A DNA stretch of 64,000 nucleotides from Octopus bimaculoides (lineage: Eukaryota), in the NCBI RefSeq assembly GCF_001194135.2, contig NC_068989.1, positions 94,107,992-94,171,991 on the forward strand. Reading direction: 5' to 3'. The notes beneath the pieces are model-generated. The model did no database searches, was not told the origin of the DNA, and worked only from the letters and a program-made list of their open reading frames with translations. Position 1 is the stretch's first letter. Each line of letters starts with the position of its first letter. A program made the position numbers and the translations under genes. Positions 12,560 through 24,045 of the stretch are shown piece after piece.

Positions 12560-12770
12560 CCTGTGTGTGTGTTCGTGAGTTTGTCCTTCACCGCCACTTC
12601 ACTATTGTGTTAGAGTGTTAACTTAGAGGTTCGAGAAAATTGACCAGTAGAATAAAAACCATGCTTTAAAAAGTAAGTACTGCAGTCGATTCGTTTAACT
12701 AAAGTTCTTGAAGGCAGTGCCCCAGCGTGGCCGCCGTCTAATAAATGAAAAAGTAAAATGTAAAACAAAT
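12560..12770 (+). mobile_element. SINE family A, 3' half
   Basis: Follows a (GT)n tract; contains ...aagtaagtactgcagtcgattcgtttaactaa...ggcagtgccccagcgtggccgccgtcta, ending in an A-rich tail. Confidence 0.75.
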
Positions 12771-12777
12771 GTAAGTA

Positions 12778-12808
<31 letters not shown>

Positions 12809-14276
12809 TGTGTGTGTGTGTATGTGCGTGTACCGCTAAGTGTTTGTACATGTGAGTGGATGTGTGTGTGTGTAAGCTTAGTTCGTACGTATACGTTTAT
12901 GTAAGTTTCGGTATCTGTTTTCCACAAACTGATCTCTTACATTATACAGACTAATATAATGAAAAACAAGCTGTGTAAATACAATTTCGTTGCTTTAGAA
13001 TGTAGGATACCCTGCTCTTTCGACTGATTTCACAAACTCGTTATTTGCATATCTTGTTTGCTCTACGAAGGTATATTGCACATGGTATGGAAGACAATAT
13101 TTATTTACGCACGTCTTTTAGAGTGAATGTTTTGGATTGAATAATATAAATAATATAAATATGTTTTTATTTCTTTTTCCCAGTTTCCAAGGAAAGACAT
13201 GATGACATCAAAGTAAATATCCACAGAAGACTGAAGCACTGTTTTTAGAAACTGAATACCATTTTGTTGCAAGCAGTGTATTTCCTTTCTAAATATGTTG
13301 ACAGTGCGACAAATCAGATCATAATACAATGTTGCAAAACAAAGATCGTGTACCTTATTATAACCACAGACTAAACGGTTAATGATTTGCAAGGATTTGG
13401 CTCAGTAACTGAATTAAGCACAAGCTTCATGAAATCCCATAAGCCATATTATTCTGTTATGAAACATGTTCAATATTTAGCGTAAATCAAATATAAACAC
13501 GAATACCAAACACACCAATGCATAATAGTGTAATGGAAGTATTGTTGTGCGATAATAGTCCATGTGCTTCTTCGCAATTATATATTGTTCATCATTCCAT
13601 ACGATAATTAACATCGCAACATCACAAAGATAAATAGTCTAAAGTATTTGCTGGAGCAAAGGAGTATCTGTCGAATTAAAGCGGAGCAGCAGTATCAAAG
13701 TAAATCGTGATTCGTGTTGATGCTTTCTCTAATGATTGATTAGAGTTGAACACAAATTCTGTACATACAGCAGAGGAAGGCCCTACTAAATCAGCCTCGC
13801 ACTTTTCCAGCATAACTAAGCAGAATTCTATGCAAGAATTGCTCTCGTTAGTCATTAATGCCATCATCATAAACGAAGCGTTCAGCAAAAAAAAAGAACT
13901 AAATCTTCGGGAACGGGATAAAGCCGACGACGATATGTCTGTATATGGCGCATCGGCCGAGGAAATGGAGGCATGAATATGATCGTCCCGATGTCCATGG
14001 GTACAACCTACTATATTGTAATCATCCTAGGAAAACGGACTATGATTTTATGAAACATGTGATTTGTGGAAACACGCGTAGCGATGCATTAAAATCTTTA
14101 TATATAAAAACAATAATACTTGGATTGATTTATAAAGTGTAAAATGGAAAGTCCTGTATACACGTGGGATAGGTATCTAAGAACAAAAAGACATGTAAGA
14201 GTCACAGAAAGTTTGTATAATAAAATTTATGGTGATATTGGGATCATATTACATCATTTCATCATCACAAATTAAA

Positions 14277-14312
14277 TAAGTACCGGTTTCACGATTAACG
14301 ATTGTCAACTTA
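14277..14312 (-). ncRNA. decayed minimal hammerhead core (ACCGGU stem III class)
   Basis: UAAG UUGACAA UCGUUAAUCGU GAAA CCGGUA CUUA. Stem I UAAG/CUUA is perfect and the triplet is GUA; two substitutions in CUGACGA. Confidence 0.5.
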
Positions 14313-14579
14313 TATAGAGAGAAAACTTATTGCTGTCAGTAGGACGCCAGCTTTGAAAAAAAGTAAACTGAGAGGAAGCGATATGTCAAGGGGAGCAACT
14401 CTTATATTTTCACGAAGCTCTTCAGTGATTTTGGCAAGCATGAAGTTACAGGAGTTATTTCCATACCTAAATACCAGGTATAGCCCTCCCCCCATCCAGA
14501 TTCCCCAGAAATACTGGTCCCCACAAAACACCAAAACCTCTAGGAGCAGAAATTTTCCACGGTCTAATGATCTAATTTG

Positions 14580-15420
14580 CACCCACTTTGGCAATACTCA
14601 TCCACCTCTCAGGGACTGTTGAAAACACCAAGCACTACACACAATAATGAACAGGACTACACCATATTCGGTAACATCCACCGTTCCTGGGGACAATTAA
14701 AAGCATCAGGCACAGCACAAAATTATGAACATAAACTCTACAAACAACCATTCAATCAAAACAACCTAATCCCTCAACTTCACCCACACAACGGAAATCC
14801 TCGTTTTTACACAAACAACCTGCATCTCACAACCACTAACCAGAGAAAAGAGGATCTATTCTGGATCGCACCTAACACCAGATACCCCCACACACTCCAA
14901 AACAACAACGTTCCCACACACTAAACCACCTCCCCACAAGCAACCCATACCCAAACAGCCGACAATTTTTAGTCACGCACCAGAGGAAACAGATAACAAG
15001 GTGAGACCCGAGACACAGGAGAAACCCAAGGTAATCAACTCTCCCACTTATCCTTATCTAACATTAAGATAGATATCCTCTCCAAAAGGATTCAAATTCA
15101 CAACGACACCACACCCCACAGAACCAATCAAAGTGAAATTAAAGACAGCGTCTTAGAGTTCTGCACGAAATTAAAACTTGCAGAGGCACTGACCGACTTT
15201 GATGATCAGTATGAATCATTGGTCAAGAACAAAAGCCAATAGTCCCCACAAAGAGAATGAAACAAAAGCCTTGATGAATTTCGAAAACTTTCCCTATCGC
15301 ACCCTGCACAAACAAAAAGCTATCCCAAACCTCAACAAAACCCAATGGAAAGAAATTAATGAACTACAAAACAATAAAGAAATTACAATCAAAGAAGCAG
15401 AGAAAGGCATGGCAGTGTGC
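14580..15420 (+). mobile_element. Penelope-like element, N-terminal/pre-RT coding relic
   Basis: Frameshifted LSK..F...TP..NQSEIKDSVLEFCTKLKLAE...ESLVKNKS..., then PNLNKTQWKEINELQNNKEITIKEAEKGMAVC, matching the PLE motif NL.....AL..L..N..I.IK.ADKG.AV. Cut off by a microsatellite at about 15420. Confidence 0.75.
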
Positions 15421-15479
15421 ATGTATGTGTATATGTATGCGCACAAATGCTTGTAGGAATACCTCTACCGATACGCGTG

Positions 15480-15691
15480 GCGTGCGTGCGTGCGTGCCAT
15501 AATGTAACCTCGTCGGCATCGGTACCATTTTCCTCTTTCTCCGTTCTTCCATTCTCCGAACTTTCCATCTTTCCGACGAAGGGCTACGCCCGAAACGTCA
15601 TACACTCTCTCTTTCCTTTCCTGAGCGTCCAATAATACTATCCATATCACGTCCTCACTTTGTTGTTTTTTTGTTATTGTTTTTTTTTAAC

Positions 15692-15695
<4 letters not shown>
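15480..15695 (+). mobile_element. ~200-bp non-autonomous hammerhead-bearing element, copy 2
   Basis: Homologous to 8115-8310 (shared 21-mer at 15611-15631). Pyrimidine tract, hammerhead, pyrimidine tract, ttgttgttt, (AT)n. Confidence 0.7.
15570..15602 (+). ncRNA. minimal type I hammerhead core (U4 to C)
   Basis: UUU CCGACGA A GGGC UAC GCCC GAAA CGUC A. Perfect 4-bp stem II, palindromic ACGU, canonical GUC triplet. Confidence 0.6.
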
Positions 15696-15724
<29 letters not shown>

Positions 15725-16137
15725 ATAAGAGTGAAAAAACTACAGAAGGCGTGTGTTACATGGTTAAAGTATATATTTAAATTATGTTAGANNNNNNNNN
15801 NNNNNNNNNNNNNNNNNNNNNNNNNNNNNNNNNNNNNNNNNNNNNNNNNNNNNNNNNNNNNNNNNNNNNNNNNNNNNNNNNNNNNNNNNNNNNNNNNNNN
15901 NNNNNNNNNNNNNNNNNNNNNNNNNNNNNNNNNNNNNNNNNNNNNNNNNNNNNNNNNNNNNNNNNNNNNNNNNNNNNNNNNNNNNNNNNNNNNNNNNNNN
16001 NNNNNNNNNNNNNNNNNNNNNNNNNNNNNNNNNNNNNNNNNNNNNNNNNNNNNNNNNNNNNNNNNNNNNNNNNNNNNNNNNNNNNNNATTATCTTTTATA
16101 CATCCAACCACGTGCTTTCACATACCAACTTTCTCTC

Positions 16138-16169
<32 letters not shown>

Positions 16170-16259
16170 ATGTTTGTGTGTGTGTGTGTGTGTGTTGGTA
16201 CATGTACGTATGCATATGCGGACATGTACTTTACGTGTATGCACGCGTATGTATGTCAT

Positions 16260-17115
16260 TATACCGTCTTTGCTCTTCTCTGATTCCTAACTCTCACACT
16301 AACCTATACAAACACATACGTCTATTTATAGAAAATTGACATCTTTGTATTCTTCCGTCCACTTTACAGTTTACTACTAAAACCCCACCCATACCTTTTC
16401 CTTACCCATCCCTTAATGCAGCTCTAGCATATCGCCCCTACTCACATGTATCACACTTATTCACTCCTTACCGTCTCATCTCTTCCTATCCCTCCCCTCA
16501 CATTATCTTGATCACCAACTAACACTCCTTTTCTCACTTCTTTCACACTTTCTGCCCTTTTTCCCTTTTTTAATTTGTCCCCCTTTCTCTTTTTTCTCTC
16601 TTTCTTCTCATTTTCTCTTGTTTTCATTTTGACCTATCTCCTCGTTCTAATCATACACATCTCTCCCTCTCATCTACCCACAGATACTACCAACCCATTT
16701 TCAAATTTTCATTCACACCACAAGACACTTTCGAAAGAACGACACAGAATCCACGCCTCCATACTTTGAGATGACTAAACATGAACTACCACTGGAACTT
16801 ACATCCTATGTACAGGAAACATTTTACACACCACTTTCCTCGAATAATAAAACTGAAACTACAATATCTTCATATATTTTTTATTTTATTTCTACTTTCA
16901 TTCTCTTATTTCCCTCTTTATTCCTTATCTCCTCCTTTTCCATAATAATTCCTCACTTAGAACTCAAATATTACCTCTGCTTAACCATCTCACATAGTCT
17001 GATGAAGGGTTATCCATAATATCCTAGAAACCGATGTATGACTATATCTGTATCATTTTCCTCATACATGTCCTAAAAACTCACGGCCTTAGATTTGTTA
17101 TCTCATTTTGTCTAA
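16260..17115 (+). mobile_element. probable PLE 3' UTR / pseudo-LTR (pyrimidine-rich strand) ending in a hammerhead motif
   Basis: Strong C/T strand skew, no ORF, hammerhead core at 16994-17045, (AT)n end. Confidence 0.45.
16994..17045 (+). ncRNA. type I hammerhead-like motif
   Basis: AUAGU CUGAUGA AGGGUUAUCCAUAAUAUCCUA GAAA CCGAUG UA UG ACUAU. Core intact, stem I AUAGU/ACUAU, two extra nucleotides after the GUA triplet. Confidence 0.5.
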
Positions 17116-18521
17116 TATATATATATATATATATTATAATAATAATAGGGACAATGATGAGTTCTTGAAACTTGGTTATTTTCCCTAAAACTATATATAT
17201 ATATTTATGCGCGCGTGCGTGCGCGCGTGCGTGTGTGTGTGTGCTTGGGTATGTGTCCTTCAAAACATAAAACTACAGTGGAATATTGAAATGTTAGACA
17301 TTGAATCACGTTAAAGTTATTTAAGTTATCAGAAATTCAATGCAGCACGTTTATCGGGATATGATGGAGTTTGAAATGGCATTGACCATGAGCATACATT
17401 AATGAATGAGATATATTGGTTTCTTGCATGATGAAGAGTGAATACACTTATCGAGACCGGAATAGTGTATTGACTTACCACCGAAGATTATTTATAGGAT
17501 AAGAACATGTAAATATGCATGTAGGATTACTGATAACATAAATCATGCGTAAATGTGAGGCCAGTAGTGTTTTCCTTTCATTTACTTCACAAAGTAATGG
17601 AGTTATCCGTGTATTTGTTTGTTTTTTTTAAAATTTGTCTGTCATTTTCTAGCATTTCTAGCCGAATGCATGTGAGTGATTTGTAGCCCAAAGACCGAGT
17701 ATGGAACACACTGCTTATATATATATATATGAATGTGTGTTTGTGTCTGCATGTACACACACACACATCTATGTATGTATACAAACACACACAAAGACAT
17801 ATTTTCAAAGCCTTGTAGTATATTATTATTGCAAAACGAAATAGTGTGTCCTTTCTAGCAATGTAAAAGAAATATCCCTGCTGTAATATTCTCATTAAGA
17901 TGCCAACATTAAATAACAGGACAACCCCTAAGCTTATTATACACCCCAAAACTGCTTTAGGTCCGTGCATCCTCATGATCACAGTTACAAGAAGAATCTG
18001 AGTTTAGGCATTCGTTGTACCATGGCTTGGAAAAACGAAGCTCTACATGAAAAAGAAAGTAACAGTTAATTTTATAGTTAAAAAAATATATATATGCTGA
18101 TAACTATTGCACTTATCCACATACTGAATACTGTAGATTAAAACCCTTGGCCGGAGTCGCATACCTTTACCGTTCCCATTACCTTTTACCTGGTCCCCGT
18201 GTTATAAAGAGACATTTTGCAACACATCCTAATCAAAAGCAGAATTGAACTCATAGCTGAGTATCTATCTCAATATGTTAGCCATTCGTACGCTACTTTC
18301 ACTTCCAAGTGGTTGTTTATGTTCAGGAGAACTACTGGTTAACCATGTGTAATAACATTTATATTAAAAATCAGCTATAAAACCACTACAGTCAATTGAA
18401 TCTGTTACACAGCGATTCTTCAAAATTTATTTATGAGACAAAGGAATGGAAATCATTATTGCTTTACGTGCGATTTATTAGAATTTGTTTTTCTTATTTG
18501 CAACACGTATTTATGTTTGTC

Positions 18522-18564
<43 letters not shown>

Positions 18565-18775
18565 GTGTATGTATGTTTATACATAAACCTATGTATGCAT
18601 ATATACATATATATGTATAATGCATGTGCGCGTGTGTGTGTGTAAAAGTCTTTCTGACCTTGCAACTCGGTTTTGTAATATCACTCATTCGTCCTCTTGA
18701 AAGCAAATGAAAACCCGACTGTTATCGTTAGAAATGGAATGGCGGTGGCGTGACAAATTTGGTACCGAGGCAGAC

Positions 18776-18925
18776 AAGTGGTTGACTTTTTGTTGGCGGC
18801 TTTTAAATACATACCGAGCCTTTGATGTTCTCAGAATCAGTGTCAGCGGTATCATGCAGAGTACAAAGATCATTGGACACTGGCAATCCCCTTGGAAGAT
18901 GCATCTCTCGATTGAGAATATGGCA
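18776..18925 (-). mobile_element. RLE-type (R4/Dong-like) LINE reverse transcriptase fragment
   Basis: ...IFQGD..PMIFVLCMIPLTLILRTSKARYVFKSRQQKVNHL. Same segment as 54530-54670, just upstream of the MDD motif. Confidence 0.8.
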
Positions 18926-19029
18926 TTTCGTTAGAGCTATGCTTTGCGTGCTAAGAACCAACAAAAACATATGAACTGACACATTATAACAGTTACACAA
19001 CTGGAGACAAACATTCTTTGTATTGTCAA

Positions 19030-19826
19030 GCGAACTGTGGAGGGTCTTCTGGTTTCTTCTTCTCTCTAACTGATGTTCGAACATTCTTTGACAGTATTTC
19101 TCCGTACTGTTGGGAGACCAGACAGAAAGTATGACCAAAATATTCTCACTTTATTTCGAAAATGTTGAAGGTTAAGGGAGACGAAATAATAAGTATTAGA
19201 AAAGAAATGTTTATGCCATTAAAAATCCTGATCGATTTTTTGATGGACGATTTCGGTTGTGTTTATCTTTTCGAAAGTGGACTGTTAACATTTGAAGTTG
19301 AATACATGGAGAAGATCATAAGATGGATATGGAAGTGGTAGCTGCTTCTAATGTGATTACCTGTATATAAATTATGCCATGAGTACATATTTCAATGAGT
19401 AAATAGCTTCATTAGTAAAATAATTCCACGAGAGATCAGTTCTGTAAATTAAACCGTTCTGTGAGTTGGTGAATTTTACTCATGTTCATCAACAATGTTA
19501 ATCCTCCTCACGCAGGTAAATAACGGTTGAAAGAAAAAAGTCTATAAAGAATAATATCTGAATAGTATAAATGGAGACAAACAAAACATTTTTATTCCTA
19601 ATTTAAATAAATCCAATATAAAAGAATTATTCTGTAATATGCCAACTATAGAAGGCAGCGAACTAGCAGAGGGTCTTCTGTTTTCTTCTCGCTAACTGAT
19701 GTTCGAACATTCTTTGACTGAATTTCTCCGTACTATTTAGAGAACAGACAGAAAGTATGACCAAAATATTCTCATTTTATTTCGAAAATAATAAGTATAA
19801 GAAAAGAAATGTTTATGCCATTAAAA
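19030..19826. repeat. diverged direct repeat pair (19030-19224 and 19658-19826)
   Basis: Alignable by eye with scattered substitutions and one 24-nt indel bounded by cgaaa microhomology. Confidence 0.85.
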
Positions 19827-19834
19827 GTTCTGGG

Positions 19835-20003
19835 CAAAATGTTTGGTGGCATTTGTGAGTCTTTGCATTCTGAGTTCAAATTCCGCTTAGATCTACTTTG
19901 CCTTTCGGGATCGTAAAAGAAATACAGGCTGGGCACGGGGTCGATGTAATTCAATTAACACCTCCCCTGAAATAGATGGTCTTGTGCCAAAATTGGAAAC
20001 CAC
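19835..20003 (+). mobile_element. SINE family B, 5'-truncated
   Basis: ttctgagttcaaattccgc...ctttgcctttcgggatcg...ggggtcgatgtaat...ggtcttgtgccaaaattggaaac. Confidence 0.75.
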
Positions 20004-20605
20004 TTTTATGCAAACGGAGGACCTATAACAAAATTCTTCAATTGCTACCTATAGGACTATCAACTACACCATACTGTATGCAAGAATAGCTTCCGATAAT
20101 GTAGTACAAGATCTACTATTGAAAAAATAAACTGAAATGTCTGATTGACTTTTGAACATAGATCTGTTCGATCAGGGTTGATCTGGAGCTGCCAGTAACA
20201 GCACTAACAACAAGCGGGAAGTAAACTCAGTTTTTAGAAAGCATCTTGTTGAAAGTGTAAACGTCATGGTGACTCTCATTAAAAGTGATTCATTTTTCGG
20301 GGGGTTTCGTGCATGAATGTATTTACTGACAGCTGAATGTGTATTTCAAAACACTTCAGGAAAAATAGATTTATAATTTTTACGTTACATTATATTCATG
20401 CTCTTGATATTTTATTTGTTTACACGTCTGTCACTGAATAACGTGTAATAATAATTTCGAATAAATGATTGGTATCTATTCGTACTTAGTTAAGAAGATA
20501 CCTGTATACTTATTAGAACTGACATATAAAAAAAATTACCTAAATAATATGACGTTCCATATCAGTGGGGGGGAAAATGTATTTGCACACAAACACACAC
20601 AAGCA

Positions 20606-20658
<53 letters not shown>

Positions 20659-21190
20659 CACACACACACATACACAAACTCATACACACAGACACATATA
20701 TATGGAGGCTTGTGTGTGTTGTATTTTAATATTTTGTATCTAACATTCAGTGAAAAAGTGTCATCAATCTTCAATTACCGACAAATTTGATTTTATTTGT
20801 ATCTCCAAACTATTTAAGATCTTATTTAATAAGAACTGATGAGCATGAGGTGGGTGATATATTTACAACAGAGGATACACGGAATCTGACGCTTTCGAAT
20901 TGAAAGCAGTCTATTGGCAATAATGCAATCTCTTTATCACCACCAATATGTCCTACAAATTATCTCAGCCTCACTTGCTAAGTGACAAATTGAAATCGGT
21001 GGAATTTTTTTTCTCTCAGCTTCATACTTACAAAGAATTTAAGCAGCTCAGCTTCGATATGCGTACAAACATACTTATACGTAGATGCATATACACATAC
21101 ACACATATTTACATGTATATTTATCTATCTGTCAATTATTCATGTATACATGCAGGATGTATGTATGTGTGTATGTATCTATCAATCAAT

Positions 21191-21234
<44 letters not shown>

Positions 21235-21820
21235 TGTATATACGTGTGTGTGTGTATTTTTGTATGGCTTTATATATACATATTTATAAATAGTGATATA
21301 TTCCTTGTATAGCTGTTGATAAAGTATATGTAAGGAAAAATTACAAAAGATACAAAATATCAAGTTGATACCTGTTCTAGCATACACAAAGTTATGTGCA
21401 CATTGTCAATTTTAAGTAAACATAATGTTTATTAGTAAACATTGCTATAGAAAAGATAGGAACACACAGTCGTTCAGACACAGATATGCACACACACATG
21501 TACACGTATACACACACAGAAACATACAGAGAGCGAGAGAGAGAGAGAGAAACACAGTCAGAGAGAGAGAGAGAAAGAGAGAAATGATGGGTATAGGTCT
21601 TCGTATATCCTCAGAAACGAGTTTGTGGTTGATATTTGTACCCAGAATGAATAGGACGGAAACAGATTAGTCAAGTCTGCGACGCTTGAAATATACACGA
21701 GTGCACCACTTCGTGGGGTGGGGTACTCTCTTTTATTGAGTCCCGATTTGCCTATACATACATACATACATAAATAAATGCACATACATACATACATGTA
21801 CATACTCACATGCATATACA

Positions 21821-21990
21821 TCTTTTATCCCTTAATTTCGTCAGTCATTTGACTGCAGCAATGCTGGGGCACCGCTTTGAAGAATTTTAGTTCCACGAAT
21901 CAGTCCCAGTGCTTATTTTAATAATTTTTTAAAGCCCAATTCTTATTCTATCCATTTTCTGCTAAACCGTGAACACACCAACACAGGTTA
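21821..21990 (-). mobile_element. SINE family A, 3' half; an oppositely oriented fragment follows at 21991-22045
   Basis: cagtcatttgactgcagcaatgctggggcaccgc... is the reverse complement of the family A 3' motif. Confidence 0.75.
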
Positions 21991-22176
21991 ATTCATTCGA
22001 CTAAATATTCAAGGCGTTGCCCCAGCTTGGCCACAGATTTAATATATTAAAATGAGGTAGTTTCGATGAAGTATTCTGAAGTATCACTTTAAAGAATGTA
22101 GCTGTGTAAAAGCGGAACCATGCCAGAAGGTACCATGTATGCAACAAAATGAAAAGAAAACAGAATGCACCGCACC

Positions 22177-22628
22177 GTGCACTCTGTGTTATTTTTCCTC
22201 GACAGAACTTTTCTCAAGGGTGGACTGGTGTGTACCAAGTCCCTCGCTGAGGATGGCATGCTGGATAGCTGCCGCTGTTCTGTCGTCGAAGTAGGGTAGT
22301 CTACGGAAACACTTTTCTGACCAGAAGTTTTGGGCCTTCTTGTTTACCCGCTTTTATTTTCCGCGAATGCAATCCTTTGGCTGCAGATGGCTGATAGCCG
22401 TTGTGCGCTAAGCTCATGAGGGACTGCTTGGTGTTGGTAGCTTTATCGGTTACTTCACTGCACATGTCTCTCTCTTATGTGTGTTATCTCATTCCGTATG
22501 TATGCGGCTTGGCTCTGCTGGGCAGGGATGATTCGTAAAGTATGAGCAAACTCCTACTGGCCGCATTTTTTAAAGAAAAGATTCGTGTCAATGTAACCCT
22601 TCTCTGTGATCATCATTTCGGAATCTAG
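22177..22628 (-). mobile_element. Penelope-like element, RT-end/thumb segment (inverted part)
   Basis: LDSEMMITEKGYIDTNLFFKK..SRSLLILYESSLPSRAK..CSEVTDKATNTKQSLMSLAHNGYQ..RLPYFDDRTAAAIQHAILSEGL..LRKVLSRKNNTEC, matching PLE motifs LD..I......T....K, H..S..P...K and L..NGY. Confidence 0.8.
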
Positions 22629-23070
22629 CACACTCACCAACTGCCCCATCAACGACATCAAAACATGCTCAAGAGCCTATGTCGTATACGAGGTTGTCAG
22701 AAATAAATGTGGGGAATCCTATAAAGGGAGCACAATTAGGAAAGTACACAGCCGTATAAAGGAGAATAAGCAGACAGGCACTTCGATAAAAAAAAAAAAC
22801 ACATCAAGAAACGCCAAAATCGGAATTTCAAAGTTTTCATGAAGGCAACAGAACGCAACAGGGGCAATCTTAGAATTATGGAAGTCCTCCTTATAAGCAA
22901 ATTGGAACCAGCCATTAGTAACAGGAAGGAACTACACGAAACAGAGTAGATGCTATAACAGCAACAGTCCACGCATGTTCCCTTTCTCCGTGCTCCCCTG
23001 CAGCCTCCCCCATATACACATCTGATTAACAATCCTTTGTAATTATCCCGAAATATAGAAATACAAGGTA
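22628..23070 (+). mobile_element. Penelope-like element, GIY-YIG endonuclease and 3' UTR (non-inverted part)
   Basis: TLTNCPINDIKTCSRAYVVYEVVRNKCGESYKGSTIRKVHSRIKE...NLRIMEVLLISKLEPAISNRKELHETE*: VVY..C..C...YxG.T.R and E.LLI....P.IN motifs. One frameshift in an A-run; weak hammerhead remnant at 23022-23058. Confidence 0.85.
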
Positions 23071-23249
23071 AAACTGCAACTTTGTTGAACTTTTTATTTT
23101 CCTTTCATCTGCTCGCATTGTTCCGGCTTTACACAACTATCTTCTTAAATAAATTTATATATATATATATATATATATNNNNNNNNNNAGAAAGAGAGAA
23201 AGAGAGAAAGAGAAATGTCCGTGTGCGTGTTCTTTTTTGATGGCTTGTG

Positions 23250-23645
23250 TGTCTGAGTTACCCTGAGAATTGTGCAAGCGGAGAACAAACTCCGGGAAGA
23301 GCATCCCATGCTGGACAGGTGAAAGCATAGAAGCTAGATTAATATGGATCACCTCTTCCCAGAGGTAAACATGTTTTTGCGTTGGGCCAAGAAATCTACT
23401 CTCGATAAAGCCTTTACAGAAGTATGGATGACAATTTAAATACAAAAGGGACTGAGAAATAAGGCCCTTTTCTCAGAGTGACATATGACATTCTGCAGCA
23501 AAATCGAGAAGGAAAATGCAAGGTAGGAGGAATCTAACTTGAAAGAAATAGGGGAGAGAGCGCAGAATCGAGCTGCTTAGTGAAAACTTACTAAACGCCT
23601 TCCATTCCTATGTTCCAGAGAGAGGGAAGAACTTTAGTCAGTTCA
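23250..23645 (+). mobile_element. degenerate LINE (RTE-like) 3' coding end
   Basis: ...NLKEIGERAQNRAA**KLTKRLPFLCSREREEL* resembles the AQDRxxWRxL..ALC.R..EE terminus. Many stops. Confidence 0.4.
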
Positions 23646-23869
23646 CACACATATATAGCATTTTTGAGGTGTAGGAGGGTTCCAAATGCTGCACAATTTA
23701 TATAATTAGCCTATATACTTCATTTTATTTCAATGTGCAATGTTCCCTCATGCTTCATTCCACTGTTTATTCTTTAATTTCTAATCTCAGCAGCTATAAT
23801 TCTTAAAGATTTTATTCTGTCAAAATCCTCCATTAACTTATCTCTTTTTCCATCTCCTGAATTAGAAAT

Positions 23870-24045
23870 GTGTGTGTGTGTGTGTGTGTGTTCTTACCAC
23901 CGCTTGACAGCCGGTGTTAAGTGTGTTTATGTCCCCGTAACGTTACGGTTTAGCAAAAAAAAAAAAAAATTCTTAATGATAGAATAATTCACCAAGCCAA
24001 GTAAAAAAAATAAGTCCTGGGATCGATTCTTGCGACTAAATCGAT
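23870..24045 (+). mobile_element. SINE family A, 3' half
   Basis: After (GT)n: ccgcttgacagccggtgttaagtgtgtttatgtccccgtaac...aataagtcctgggatcgattc. Confidence 0.8.

Noticed and set aside
13163-13215. Strong acceptor tract followed by SKERHDDIK and gtaaat
   Set aside because: A 29-nt candidate; such signals are frequent in AT-rich DNA.
13860-14270. Possible mariner DD34D region (LL...DFMKHVICG)
   Set aside because: The similarity is a few residues across several frameshifts, and 14150-14330 is better explained as a hammerhead-bearing PLE terminus.
23022-23058. Hammerhead-like remnant after the GIY-YIG ORF
   Set aside because: Core CUGAUUA with no clear stem II or cleavage triplet; noted only as part of the PLE 3' end.
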